Shown: positions 19,087 through 29,506, numbered from the stretch's first letter. The stretch is 64,000 bases of DNA from an uncultured delta proteobacterium (GCA_963713045.1 CAVQKE010000001.1:224001-288000); one strand, 5' to 3'. The notes: generated by a model from the letters alone, not told the origin. A program made the numbers and translations.

Positions 19087-19689
19087 ATGAGCTATGCGAT
19101 TGTAGGATTCGGTGCGGTAGGCCAGGCCCTCGCCCGCGCCTTCGCCCGTAAGAACATCGACGTGACCGTCGCGAGCCGCCGGCCGCCCGAGGCGTTGGCG
19201 CCACAGGCTGGGGCGATCGGACCCACGGTCGTCGCCAAGTCGCTGCAGAATGCAGTCGAGGCCGACACGATCATCTTGGCAGTCCCGTTCTGGGAGCACC
19301 GCGCGGTTGCGAAGGCCCTGGCGAGTTGGGAAGGCAAGACGGTCATCGACGCGACGAATGCGTTTGGAGTTCTCCCTGAAGAGCTGGGCGGTCTCCCGTC
19401 CTCCGCCGTCATCGCGAAGGCGTTCACCGGCGCCAAGTTCGTGAAAGGTTTCAATCACCTGCCTGCGGCCGCCCTGGCGGCCGATCCCCTCGTCGAGGGC
19501 GGCTACCGGGTCATCTTTCTGTCGAGCGACGACGAGGACGCGACCGCTCCCGTGGCGGCATTGGCCAAACAACTCGGGTTCGCACCCGTCAAGCTGGGAA
19601 AGCTCAACGAGGGTGGCGCGCTGGTGCACGCACGCGGCCGCACTTGGGGCCAACTGATCTTCCAGGATCTGTTCAAGAAAAAGCAGTGA
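19087..19689 (+). CDS. NADP oxidoreductase, F420-dependent family
   Basis: GFGAVG, ILAVP, VIDATN, VKGFNHL. Confidence 0.88.
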   Translation: MSYAIVGFGAVGQALARAFARKNIDVTVASRRPPEALAPQAGAIGPTVVAKSLQNAVEADTIILAVPFWEHRAVAKALASWEGKTVIDATNAFGVLPEELGGLPSSAVIAKAFTGAKFVKGFNHLPAAALAADPLVEGGYRVIFLSSDDEDATAPVAALAKQLGFAPVKLGKLNEGGALVHARGRTWGQLIFQDLFKKKQ

Positions 19690-19793
19690 GCGATGTAAGA
19701 CCAACGCGACGCTGGCGCGGTGAGCGTCCCAGGCGTTTTGGGCGCCCGGCCTTGGGGCGAAACTACGAATCGCGGCGCCGGAATGCATTGACC

Positions 19794-19843
19794 GTGGTAA
19801 CTCTATTGGAACTGCTTACGGCCACCCACGGCCACTGACGGCC
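19794..19843 (+). repeat. att-arm-like motif, copy A (no tRNA core)
   Basis: GTGGTAACTCTATTGGAACTG-CTTACGGCCA-CCCACGGCCA-CTGACGGCC. Confidence 0.8.
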
Positions 19844-20215
19844 GAAGCTGAGCTTGGGCAACTTCTTGAGGTCGAGCTGCTGGGCCAGACGGGCCCTGAG
19901 AAAGCCGGTAGCCCTGCCAAAGCCCTCTTTGCTCGCACGCCCCACTTCTTGCTCTCGGCTGAGCGGGGCCGAGACGGCATAGGCCACGCGAGCGTGACCT
20001 CCGTCGGGGGAGAGATGCACCGCGAGAATCCTGATGCCGTCGAGAGACGGGTCCGTAGTCTCATCGCTGATGAGGGATTGAAGTTCGTCGAGAAGGATGT
20101 GTTCGAGGCGAGCCTGCCGATGGCCAACTCCCTCCTCGTGAAGACCTCCGCTAGAAAGGGTAGACGTGTCTGACTTCGCGAACTGCGATTGGGTACGACG
20201 AGATTTTGGTGACAT
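19844..20215 (-). pseudogene. RbfA-like paralog whose 3' end is replaced by the arm motif
   Basis: HRQARLEHILLDEL, DPSL, VHLSPDGGHARV, RATGFLRARLAQQLDLKKLPKLSF; the ORF then reads through repeat A to a stop at 19763. Confidence 0.7.
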
Positions 20216-20623
20216 GGAAACGGTTTTCCTGCGGCGTCGCCCGACTGAGCGACGCACAAGGTTCAACGCAACGCTCAATGAGCGCGCGCTCGACAGGACC
20301 CCGTCACACGGAAAAGCAGACGACGCCTACGCGCACCTCAAGGAGCACCCCCGGAAACCGTTTGGCTGAATATCCACGGGACACCTCCTTGTTTACCGGC
20401 AGCAGCGGCGTGGCTGGATTGGGATCGCGGTTGCCCGTCCGCCGTCAAACGCTGGTTGCCGGCGCCTTGGAACTACCGAGATCAACTGAAGGTGCTCGGC
20501 GCTCGATGGCAAGCGGGCGACCCGCAGGAGGCCCCTCAAACTGAACTGACGCTGGCGGCACGAGTCCCAGCGCCCGATCGGCCGAGGCTCCTGAGAATGA
20601 GCCACGCCGACACGCGGGTAAAG

Positions 20624-21040
20624 TCAGGGCAACTCGCGCAGGAAGTCTCCAGGCTTTACCAGGCGTACACCGCCCACTGTGCGCAGCCGGAGCAGGTCCT
20701 TGTCCAGCGTCACTACGAATTCTGCGTTCCCGCCGAGGGCGACGACGACCACCATGTCATCGCCCAGGTCCGAGGGGACTAAGCCTCGCGAGGGAATGGC
20801 AGTTACCCGCTCGGCCGCGGCGACGATGACAGAGACGAAGACCAGTCTATCTACCTTGGCGGCATAGCGGACGACCTCGGGATAGTTCACGGCGCGCCTG
20901 TACTCGGCCTCTAATTCATCCGTGATTACGAGCTGGATGGCGCCAGCTGCCGCAGCGGCGAGGACCACACGCGACGCAGAGTGGGGGTTGGGAGTGGTGA
21001 GGGCCGCGGCAACCACCAAGGTGTCCACGACAACTCTCAT
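20624..21040 (-). CDS. PIN-domain toxin
   Basis: MRVVVDTLVVAAAL...DLGDDMVV...VVTLDKDLL. Confidence 0.85.
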   Translation of the reverse strand: MRVVVDTLVVAAALTTPNPHSASRVVLAAAAAGAIQLVITDELEAEYRRAVNYPEVVRYAAKVDRLVFVSVIVAAAERVTAIPSRGLVPSDLGDDMVVVVALGGNAEFVVTLDKDLLRLRTVGGVRLVKPGDFLRELP

Positions 21041-21297
21041 CTTCTGGACCGGGCCCTGCGGGCTGCCTTCTCCCCAAGGCGCTCTGCGGCGACCTCCGAG
21101 CGGGCTCGACCCGGAGGAAGCCTAGCCAGCAACTCAGCGAGGTGGACGCGAGCTGCGGCAGCGAGCACCGCGTGCGCCCGCTCCTCGGCTGCCTGGCGTA
21201 GGAATTCCGAGCGACGCTTGCCCTCCACCTTTGCGGCGCGGCCCACAAGCTCGCGGAGTTCTCTGGTCGTACGGTAGGTTTCGACGGTTTTGGACAT
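21037..21297 (-). CDS. RHH/DUF1778-like antitoxin
   Basis: VETYRTTRELRELVGRAAKVEGKRRSEFLRQAA; stop overlaps the toxin start. Confidence 0.75.
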   Translation of the reverse strand: MSKTVETYRTTRELRELVGRAAKVEGKRRSEFLRQAAEERAHAVLAAAARVHLAELLARLPPGRARSEVAAERLGEKAARRARSRR

Positions 21298-21569
21298 GCT
21301 CTTTTGCCTCGTATTACGTTTGTCCATCTATTCTATCGCTTCGCACTACGCATGGCCACGGTCTGATGACCCTCCTGACCGAGGTTCTGAGAACGGCAAA
21401 CGGTAGTCGTCGGCGGGGGGTGGACCGGTCCACACCCTCGGTGTGGGAGTGAAATCTCCATGGCCGATTTCGCCACGCCGCAGGCCCTCAATGGCGCATC
21501 TGGAGAACTGACCGCAGCACCGCCTGCGGCTCACCACTGCTTCGACGGGCGCGGAATGAGGGGCCGACT

Positions 21570-21707
21570 GTGGTAACTCTCTTGCGACTGCTTACGGCCG
21601 CTCATGGCCACTGAAGACCATTGCCCCTCTGCTATTTGTAACGACTAGAGGGGGCAAAGGTGACTGTTAATCACCATGTCCCAGGTTCGAGTCCTGGTCG
21701 GGCAGCT
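21570..21707 (+). repeat. attR-like site B: arm motif plus tRNA-Asn 3' half
   Basis: Arm at 21570-21619; 21659-21702 is identical to tRNA 15420-15463 (48/49 when extended to 21707). Confidence 0.9.
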
Positions 21708-22137
21708 GCGGAATGTAGATTGCCTTACCAGTGCATCGCGAAGCGGCCAAGTTCACGCGGCGTCCACCACCCTTCCACGACCTCGCGGAGCAGAACGCGC
21801 GGGAGCTTGGCCTGTGCCGCCACTGCCCAGGATGCCGCGCTAGCGTAGCCGCACTTGGACAGCGCGTCCGGTGTTCATGCACGGCGCGTGAGTGCTGCTC
21901 ACCGCTGCAAGCGCACGTCCTGCGCGGAGGAGACGTGCTTCTGCAAGCATTGCGTGGCTACCGACCCCGCTCGTTTCATTAACCGAGGAATGAAGGGTAC
22001 CTCCTGGCATTCGCTGGTGCCCAGTCGGAAGGTGGTTACGTTTTCGTTGCGTTTGAGCGCAAGGCTCATCGCTTGAGGCATCTGGACTAGGTCAGACGCT
22101 TTCGTTTCGTGAACGCTTAGTCGACTGGAGGACGCAC

Positions 22138-22836
22138 ATGAATCGCATGCTGGTGGTGGTTTTCGACAAAGAGGCCAAAGCCTACGAGGGCAAACAGGCG
22201 CTGGTGGCGCTTGACTCAGAGGGAAGCATCTCCCTCTACGCTTCTGCGGTGGTCGCAAAGAACTCTGACGGCACTGCAACGGTGAAACAGGGCAATGAGC
22301 CGGCGCCGTTTGGAACGCTCGTGGGCACGACCCTCGGAAGCCTCATCGGGCTACTCGGAGGCCCGACAGGTGTAGCAATTGGCGCTGCAGCAGGCATGAC
22401 CGTGGGTGCCGCTTCAGACGTGGACGACGCCCGTATCGGCGACGACTTCCTGGACGACGTCAAGAAGGCGCTTACGCCGGGCAAGGCTGCAGTGGTTGCC
22501 GACATCGATGAGGAGTGGACGACTCCGGTGGACACGCGCATGGAGAAGCTGGGCGGGGCGGTGTACCGCCGTGCTGTGTCGGCCGTGCGAGACATTGCCA
22601 ACGATGAGGACACTGCTGCCATCAAGGCGGACATCGCAGAGATGAAGGCCGAGCATGCCCAAGCGCACGCCGAGCGCAAGGCAAAGCTGCTGGAACGCCT
22701 CAACCAGCTGGATTCCAAACTGCAGGCGCGGCTGCAGAAAGCAAAGGAGCAGCGCCAGCGGGCCGAAGGCGCATCCCAGGCAAAGGTTGCATTCCTCAAA
22801 GCGAAGGCGACCGCCGCCAGAGCGAAGGCTCCCTGA
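22138..22836 (+). CDS. DUF1269-domain membrane protein
   Basis: MLVVVFD, GTLVG..LGSLIGLLGGP, LTPGKAAVVADIDEEW, coiled-coil C-terminus. Confidence 0.85.
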   Translation: MNRMLVVVFDKEAKAYEGKQALVALDSEGSISLYASAVVAKNSDGTATVKQGNEPAPFGTLVGTTLGSLIGLLGGPTGVAIGAAAGMTVGAASDVDDARIGDDFLDDVKKALTPGKAAVVADIDEEWTTPVDTRMEKLGGAVYRRAVSAVRDIANDEDTAAIKADIAEMKAEHAQAHAERKAKLLERLNQLDSKLQARLQKAKEQRQRAEGASQAKVAFLKAKATAARAKAP

Positions 22837-22895
22837 GATGCCGAACGGCCGTCCGGTCTGTCGGAGTTCAAACAACTAACGCAGGAGGAAGGGCT

Positions 22896-23468
22896 ATGGC
22901 ACCAGGCACGACAATCCTTGATGAAGTCAGGAAGCACTCGGCGTGGAGCATCTTCATGGGAGTGCTAACGGCAGCCTTGGGTATCTTGCTCATTGTCTAT
23001 CCGTTCGCCACGGGAATGCTCACCACTGCCTTGCTCGGGACAACGCTCATCGTAGTGGGCGTGGTGGGGATTTTTCTCGCACTCAGCTCGCAGACCGCCG
23101 GGAGCTTCTTTGGGCACATCCTCCTCGCAGCGCTCTACGGGCTGACGGGCATCGTCCTCCTCGTCTTCCCGTTTCAGGGTGTGGCGAGTCTAACGCTCGT
23201 CCTCGGCGCGATGCTGGTAGTCCGCGGCATTTTTGCAATCGTTACAGCAATCCGCGTTCGGCCGATCGACGGTTGGGGGTGGCTCCTCGCTGACGGCCTG
23301 TTCGGCGCCGCCGCGGGCGTGCTCGTCCTCGTCAATTGGCCGGGCAGCACCGTATGGGCCGTGGGTACTCTCGTCGGTGCGTCCGTGTTGGTGACGGGAA
23401 TCTCGCGGATTGCGCTGGCGGCGCGCATCCACGGCGGAGTTGACCGGCTCTCGCCACGTGCGGCATGA
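22896..23468 (+). CDS. HdeD/DUF308 membrane protein
   Basis: Six TM segments, GWGWLL, WPGSTVWAVGTLVG. Confidence 0.85.
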   Translation: MAPGTTILDEVRKHSAWSIFMGVLTAALGILLIVYPFATGMLTTALLGTTLIVVGVVGIFLALSSQTAGSFFGHILLAALYGLTGIVLLVFPFQGVASLTLVLGAMLVVRGIFAIVTAIRVRPIDGWGWLLADGLFGAAAGVLVLVNWPGSTVWAVGTLVGASVLVTGISRIALAARIHGGVDRLSPRAA

Positions 23469-23737
23469 AGCTGCTCAGTGATTGTAGGGCCATGGTGATG
23501 AAGACCATGGCCCTAGCAGCGGTACTGACCTTTGGAGCCTGGCCGGTGTGTGCCTGGGCAACCGAGCCCGCTGCGGACGCAGGGCAACCAGATGTCGAAT
23601 TGCAGCTAGGCCAGGAGGTCTTCCACCCGCTGAAGGCGAAGGGAGAAATCATCGCGACTTCCTCGCTTTATGGCCTGCCTGACCCCATCGCGTCCGATGG
23701 ATTGCCCCCGGCGGACCCTCCGCCAGTCGTCAGCTGA
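23465..23737 (+). CDS. small secreted hypothetical protein or fragment
   Basis: Signal-like MKTMALAAVLTFGAWPVCAWA; start overlaps the upstream stop. Confidence 0.35.
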   Translation: MKLLSDCRAMVMKTMALAAVLTFGAWPVCAWATEPAADAGQPDVELQLGQEVFHPLKAKGEIIATSSLYGLPDPIASDGLPPADPPPVVS

Positions 23738-23990
23738 ACGCTTAAACCTGTGGACCGCCACCAGGCGCTATTTGCGAACGAGCGCATTGGTCATGTAGGA
23801 GCCTCGATGAAGAATTCCCGGGGCATGGCCTCGGCGTCCAGAGGAAGGCTGTGGCGTTAATGCTTTCGCAATACTCCGCCAGCGATGGAGAGGGAAAGAA
23901 GACCGGACGGATTGCGCGTCGAGACGGCCGACTTTCGCGAATAGGAGGCACGGACGCCGCGCTTCACGCTGGTGGACAGAGCAACCACTG

Positions 23991-24914
23991 ATGCTGCGAA
24001 TCGCTCATGTCTCCGACACCCACGTCCTCTCGACCCGAGGTGTGGAGTGGCACAACTTGCTCTTCAACAAGCGACTCACCGGCCAGGCCAACCTCCTCCT
24101 GCACCGTGGACGCGTGTTCCGCCGGGCGTATCTCCTGGCAGTACTTGAGGCCGCCGCTGCTTCCGCGGACCACGTCGTCGTCACCGGCGACATCACCAAC
24201 CTTGCCCTCGAGAGCGAGTATGAGGAGGCGCTCAGACTGCTCGACGGCGTCGCACGCTCGGTTGAGGTCACCGTCGTCCCAGGCAACCACGACATCTACC
24301 TTCCCTCCGTCCAACACGAGCGGCGGTTTCCGCATTACTTCCGTCGGTTCCTGAAGAGCGATCTCCCGGACTTGGCACTCGATCTTCCGGCCGGCCCATA
24401 TCCCTGCGTCAAGCTGCGGGGCCCGACGGCGATCATCGCCCTGTCGAGCGGGGTGCCCCGTCCGCCGTTCGTCGCCTCTGGCTCTCTCGGCGATGAACAG
24501 CGCGTGGCCCTGGCACGAGCGCTCGCCCATCCCGAAGTGGCGAAGCGCGTGCCACTGATCCTGGTGCACCATCCGCCGGTCGACGCCCGGAACTACCTCG
24601 CCCGGCTGCGCGATGGGCTGGTAGACGCCGCGCAGCTCCGAGACACTCTCGCACCTCTCGCGCGTGGACTCGTGCTTTTTGGTCACCTGCACGTGCGGGT
24701 GCGCTGCGTGCTCCGCACCGCCACAGGCGCACTGAACGTCATCTGCGCGAGCGGGGCTGCGCTCGACCATCCGGATTCCGCGGTCCGCGCCGGTTTCAAC
24801 CGCTACGAGATCGGCGACGATGGACAAACGGTAACCATCGAGGCGCACGTCCTCGACGCATCAGGCACCACCATGCGGCAAACTGCCATCCTCGAACGTC
24901 CGAGCTGCGTATGA
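23991..24914 (+). CDS. metallophosphoesterase
   Basis: HVSDTH, VTGD, PGNHD, VHHPP, FGHLH. Confidence 0.9.
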   Translation: MLRIAHVSDTHVLSTRGVEWHNLLFNKRLTGQANLLLHRGRVFRRAYLLAVLEAAAASADHVVVTGDITNLALESEYEEALRLLDGVARSVEVTVVPGNHDIYLPSVQHERRFPHYFRRFLKSDLPDLALDLPAGPYPCVKLRGPTAIIALSSGVPRPPFVASGSLGDEQRVALARALAHPEVAKRVPLILVHHPPVDARNYLARLRDGLVDAAQLRDTLAPLARGLVLFGHLHVRVRCVLRTATGALNVICASGAALDHPDSAVRAGFNRYEIGDDGQTVTIEAHVLDASGTTMRQTAILERPSCV

Positions 24915-27595
24915 ACTACCGCCGCGTGCTCTTCATCACCGAGCTCGGGAAAGATGCCCGGGCAGCCGTGGCAGTCATCCGCCGCATCGCGCCTGCCGCC
25001 GAGCTACTGGTCGTCGTCGCTCGCTTGCCGGAGCACCAGATTGCCTGGCTTGCCGACGAGGCACCGGGCGACCTGAACCAGGCTGCGCTGGCGGCGCTCA
25101 ACGCCCTGCGCGACTCGGCTGCCGGCGCTGCAACGCGGGTGGAAGTGAAGCTGGCGTCCGGGCTCGTCATCGACGAGCTGGCGCAACTCGTGAAAGCGTC
25201 GGGCGTCGACCTGCTCGCCGCGAGCCCGCTACCGCTGACGGGTATTGCTGTCCTAGCCGAGTTGCGCAACCACCAGTCTCTTGCTGTGCTTTGGACCGCG
25301 GCCGCCGTGCCCGGCGATGGCCCGCTCAATGAGCTCAGGTGCTTGGCGGTGGGCGCGCGCGGACGCGCCGAAGTCGCTTCGTTTCTGCGCGATCATGGGA
25401 CTCCGGCGATGCATGCTGTTGTCCTCTGGCGCAGGCGCTTTCCACTCGGCAAGCTCTCGGATGCGCTGGACATGGCAGGCATCACGGCAAGGGTGGACCT
25501 CGTGCCGGTTTCCGGAGGGTTGCGGTCGTGGCTGCGCGCTGAGACGACTGAGGCTCCCATCGACCTGCTGGTGTTGCCGCGGTTTCCTGGTGACTTGCTG
25601 CTCGCGGCTAGCTGGCCCGCACCGGTCCTATTCCTACCCCAACTGGAGACGGTCGCGCCCGTCTTGACGCGCGCCCTCGACGTGCCCGATCTCGTGGAAG
25701 AAGCCGGCATCACTCGGGTACGCCTTGAGATTGCGTCCGGGGTAGGACGCCGCGACCCCATCCCCGATCAGCAGGTCGCATTCATCTCCGGTGGCCGCGT
25801 CGTAGCCGCCTTCACAACCAGCCACGGCGAGGGCGAGTTGCCCGCCGGCCTCGACGCGGTTTCCCTCGGCGTCTACCGGGTCGGGGAGACCCTGGCTCCC
25901 AATCCGCTTGCTCAGATTGAGGAGCAGGTCACGGTCTTCCGGCCGGGCTCACGGCCGTTGCTCCTCTTCGACGCCGGCCTCGCCGACGAAGACCTGTCTC
26001 TGCTGGCCAGACTCCAGGAGTCTGCCGAACTGCTCGCGGTCCGCCTCCGGGCCACCCGGAGCTGCAAAGGCATCCGCTTGCGGTTGGCTGCCGCCGGGTT
26101 GCGACCAGTCGTCGCCGATGCCAGCACTATCCTCGACGAGGGCGAAGCCCTCGACGTGGCGAAGGTCGTCGATGCCGTCCGTCTCGCGCGGGTGGGCATG
26201 CGAATGCGCTGGGCTGGTTTTTCTGTGGTGGGCATCGTTCACGATGGCTCGCACTCGCCGCGCACCATCGGGTTTGAAGCCGTGACCGCGTCTGAAGCCG
26301 CCACGAGACCATGGCGCATTGAGGCTTCCGTCACGGGGTCGCAGTCCATCGGCAGCCGCCTCCAGGCGACGACAGGGGCTTCACTCATCACCGGCAACGG
26401 GGTGGAGCTCGAGTTCGACAACGCGAAGGCCCGTCACTGGCTGCTCGACGCCATCGCGGCCAGCCGCGAGCGGTTTCACTTCCAAGTTTACATGGGGCTG
26501 GACGATGACGTCGGCAGCGCGGTCGAAGCGGCGTTGGCCGCAGCCGGCGCCCGTGGCGTCGCCGTGCGCGTGCTCGTCGATTCTCTGCACGGTTTTCAAG
26601 GTTCGTACGGCATTCGCAATCCGGTGTTCGACCGTCTCAGCAAACGTCCTGGGGTCGAGCTCCGCGTGTTGCGGCCCCTCACCGGCGTGCCCTCGCTCGA
26701 GGACCTCAAGCGGCGGGACCATCGCAAAATGGCCATCGCCGACGGCGCCGTCGGACTAATCGGTGGGCGCAACCTCTCGCACGAGTACTACACCGGGTTC
26801 GATGAGGTGCAGCTCACGCCCGCGACGCCGTGGCGCCAGGTGCCGTGGCTCGACGCCGGCGCCCGGGTCGAGGGCCCCGTCGTCAGCGCGCTTGACCGCG
26901 CCTTTCTGCAGTCCTGGACCGAGACGGGAGGTAAGACGTTCGACATTGCCGAGCGCCCGCCAGCTGGGGGCACGCAGGCCCGTCTCGTCATCCACCACGG
27001 GCTGGAGGACGCGGCCACGCTGGAGGCTTACCTCGCGCTCATCGACACCGCGCAGTCACATGTCTACGCCGTCAATGGCTTCCCGCTGATCCTCGAAATC
27101 CAGCATGCCCTGCTGCGTGCGCTCCGTCGGGGCGTCCGAGTGCGCACCCTCTTTGGACACCTCACACCCACCCATGGCACCACGCCTTTCAAGGGCCCCT
27201 GGGCCACGGCACGCACCGCCGCAACACAAATGGTCCATTCGCGCATGGATGCGCTGGTCGCAGCAGGCGGCGAAGGCTACCAGTTCGCCGTGGCCCAGCA
27301 GCCTGGATGGGCACGCGGCCTCGGTTCCGTGCACTCCCACGTCCATGCCAAGGTGATGAGTGCGGATGGACGGGTCTGCGCCGTCGGTAGCGCTAACCTG
27401 GACTTCACCGCCGGCTATTGGGAGAGCGAACTCCTACTTCTGGTGGAGGACCCGACGGTCGCCGCAGCGCTCGAGGCGCGCATCGAAGCGCTCATCGCGG
27501 GCTCGGACCGCGTCAACCGCAATGACCCCGCGTGGCAGGAAGCCGCGAAGCATCGCCAATGGATGGAGCACTGGCCGGGCGGACTGTCGGTCTGA
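24911..27595 (+). CDS. phospholipase D/cardiolipin-synthase-like protein with a long N-terminal extension
   Basis: Two HKD motifs (DHRKMAIAD..IGGRN and HAKVMSAD..VGSAN); roughly 480 aa of unassigned N-terminus. Confidence 0.88.
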   Translation: MNYRRVLFITELGKDARAAVAVIRRIAPAAELLVVVARLPEHQIAWLADEAPGDLNQAALAALNALRDSAAGAATRVEVKLASGLVIDELAQLVKASGVDLLAASPLPLTGIAVLAELRNHQSLAVLWTAAAVPGDGPLNELRCLAVGARGRAEVASFLRDHGTPAMHAVVLWRRRFPLGKLSDALDMAGITARVDLVPVSGGLRSWLRAETTEAPIDLLVLPRFPGDLLLAASWPAPVLFLPQLETVAPVLTRALDVPDLVEEAGITRVRLEIASGVGRRDPIPDQQVAFISGGRVVAAFTTSHGEGELPAGLDAVSLGVYRVGETLAPNPLAQIEEQVTVFRPGSRPLLLFDAGLADEDLSLLARLQESAELLAVRLRATRSCKGIRLRLAAAGLRPVVADASTILDEGEALDVAKVVDAVRLARVGMRMRWAGFSVVGIVHDGSHSPRTIGFEAVTASEAATRPWRIEASVTGSQSIGSRLQATTGASLITGNGVELEFDNAKARHWLLDAIAASRERFHFQVYMGLDDDVGSAVEAALAAAGARGVAVRVLVDSLHGFQGSYGIRNPVFDRLSKRPGVELRVLRPLTGVPSLEDLKRRDHRKMAIADGAVGLIGGRNLSHEYYTGFDEVQLTPATPWRQVPWLDAGARVEGPVVSALDRAFLQSWTETGGKTFDIAERPPAGGTQARLVIHHGLEDAATLEAYLALIDTAQSHVYAVNGFPLILEIQHALLRALRRGVRVRTLFGHLTPTHGTTPFKGPWATARTAATQMVHSRMDALVAAGGEGYQFAVAQQPGWARGLGSVHSHVHAKVMSADGRVCAVGSANLDFTAGYWESELLLLVEDPTVAAALEARIEALIAGSDRVNRNDPAWQEAAKHRQWMEHWPGGLSV

Positions 27596-27620
27596 CTCCC
27601 GCCCTAGCGGAACCGCTAAG

Positions 27621-28637
27621 TCAGCGGTCGCCGAATTCGGTCACCTTGCCCCTGGGCCGAAGTGCGGCAATGTAGTTGTGCGGCCCGTGCTCGGCGAGGG
27701 TGTAGCGGGACGAGTCGCGGAGCTTGGCGGCGGAGAGAAGCGCCAGGACGGAGCGAGGCACCTGTCGCATGTTGCTGAGCGGCGCGGTGGGAATCTCCGA
27801 GCGCTTCCACTCGCCCTCCGAGAGGCGATACTCCTGCCCGAAGTGCGCGAATTTCCCCCACGTTGTCGCCGGGAGAGCGGGGATGATGTCGCGGGTGGTG
27901 ATGTGGCGGAACAGCCGACGTCCCACCGTCAGCGCAAGCTTGGGCAGCGGTTCGACGAGGACCATCGGCTGGCCAAACGTGTAGACGGCCCGCAGTTTCT
28001 CGGCGATGGCGGGATTACTGGCGGTCCCGGCCACTGACAGTGCAAGCAGCGCCGCCATGGCGCCGCCCAGGCTGTGCCCCGTGACGTACAGTGCCTCGAG
28101 TGGATGGTCCACGTTGGTCGTTGGGTCGAGCAGCGAGCGGCGCTCCAGGGCGTGCTGCAACTCGTTCGTGACGGCCAGTCGCGTCGCACGCACGTTTCGG
28201 TGGAAGCCGGCATGCACACTCGCCGATTCGGCGCCAAGGCCCATTGGCTCCGATTCGGTATCGGCATCGCCGAGCCAATTGACGAGATTCCCTGGCTCAG
28301 TGCCCCGGTAACACAAAATCACGATGCGACCGCAGCGGCTCTGCACCAGGTAAACGGTTGAGAAGACGAACATCGCGTCCACCGTTTGCGACACACGGAC
28401 GCAGGCGTTATCGCCTAGACCGAGTCGGGCCATGACCATAGCCACCGTCCCGGTGTCCGCGTAGGCATAGCCGGCGCAAGTCCCCAGCACATGAGCCACC
28501 ACGGCGTCGCGGCCCGAGTCGTCCCGGGCATGCGCCACGAGGAGGCTTGCCACCGGATCGTCATAGACGGGAAACGGGTCCGCAGCTTTTGCGCCCTTCA
28601 CTCGCTCGATCTCCATCACGGTCCTCACACTTCTCAT
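27621..28637 (-). CDS. class 3 lipase
   Basis: YRGTE, VHAGF, VTGHSLGGAMA, YTFGQP, DIIPALP. Confidence 0.9.
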   Translation of the reverse strand: MRSVRTVMEIERVKGAKAADPFPVYDDPVASLLVAHARDDSGRDAVVAHVLGTCAGYAYADTGTVAMVMARLGLGDNACVRVSQTVDAMFVFSTVYLVQSRCGRIVILCYRGTEPGNLVNWLGDADTESEPMGLGAESASVHAGFHRNVRATRLAVTNELQHALERRSLLDPTTNVDHPLEALYVTGHSLGGAMAALLALSVAGTASNPAIAEKLRAVYTFGQPMVLVEPLPKLALTVGRRLFRHITTRDIIPALPATTWGKFAHFGQEYRLSEGEWKRSEIPTAPLSNMRQVPRSVLALLSAAKLRDSSRYTLAEHGPHNYIAALRPRGKVTEFGDR

Positions 28638-28811
28638 GGCGCAGAAGCGCCCACCGGGTCAGAAGCCTACTTGAGGCAACCGCTCCCGACAGCTCGATTG
28701 CTAAGCCAACCCTCGCGGTGCTCCGCACTCTTCATTGGGGCCGGGAGTAGGCAACGCGAAACAGGCTCGATGGACTCCAGCGTCCATCCTGGGGACGAAG
28801 AACGTGCCGGC

Positions 28812-28919
28812 CCCACGGCCACGGAAGGCCATTCCCCCTCGGTGATTTCTGACAACCGCAGTACCCATCGGTGACCGTTAATCGCCATGCCCCAAGTTCG
28901 AGTCCTGGTCGGGGAGCTT
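28812..28919 (+). repeat. attR-like site D: partial arm plus tRNA-Asn 3' half
   Basis: 28870-28919 matches tRNA 15420-15469 at 46/50; 28812-28871 aligns ungapped to 21601-21660 at 40/60. Confidence 0.88.
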
Positions 28920-29203
28920 GCTGAGCTGGCGTGCCTGAAGTCGACGCTGGACCTGGAGTGGAAACGCGCCCCCTGAAAGTGACGCGGATCCTCTCCAACG
29001 GCTCCATCCACTCGGCTACGAAGAGTCTGCGTAAAGAACTTCGCCGCAGACGCCCTCCGATTACCCTGACCGGACCTGCGCTTGACGAGGCGGGAGCACT
29101 GCCAGCACAGTCGCGACGACAAACAGCGAGCCGCAAGGTAGCGATTGACCCGTGCCAAGTGGGGCGGGAGTCGCTTCTCCTCGGCCGCTGGATGGCTTGC
29201 ATC

Positions 29204-29231
29204 TTGACAGCAGCTCATTTGATTCTATGAT
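29204..29231 (+). promoter_or_regulatory. putative vapBC promoter, likely leaderless
   Basis: TTGACA-N16-TATGAT ending 7 nt before the ATG at 29239; flanked by GCATC...GATGC. Confidence 0.55.
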
Positions 29232-29238
29232 GCCCGTG

Positions 29239-29502
29239 ATGCGAACGACGGTTACGATCGAGGCTGATGTGGCAGCCCTCCTCAAGTCCGCCATGAAGCG
29301 GACAGGGGTATCGTTCAAGGAGGCGTTAAACGACGCGCTTCGCCGCGGGCTTTCTTCCAATTCGGGTGTCGGACGGCAGCCGATGCTGCTGCCGGGCATT
29401 CCGATGCAACTGCGCCCAGGGCTAAACCTCGACAAGGCGCTGCGGCTGGCTTCGGAATTGGAAGACGAGGAACTCGAGCGCCGCCTCCAAGTCGGCAAGT
29501 AG
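29239..29502 (+). CDS. VapB-type antitoxin
   Basis: MRTTVTIEADVAALLK...SFKEALNDALRRGL...LDKALRLASELEDE. Confidence 0.85.
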   Translation: MRTTVTIEADVAALLKSAMKRTGVSFKEALNDALRRGLSSNSGVGRQPMLLPGIPMQLRPGLNLDKALRLASELEDEELERRLQVGK

Positions 29503-29506
29503 CGAC

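Noticed and set aside
21460..21570. Possible integrase C-terminal remnant before arm B
   Set aside because: Only an AHL tripeptide followed by a stop; no R-H-R-Y catalytic motifs.
21621..21657. Hairpin TTGCCCC...GGGGCAA as a terminator
   Set aside because: Long loop, no U-tract, and not conserved in aligned copy D.
21731..22000. Cys-rich ORFs after site B as a zinc-finger gene
   Set aside because: Cys clusters are spread over different frames, with no clear start or recognisable family.
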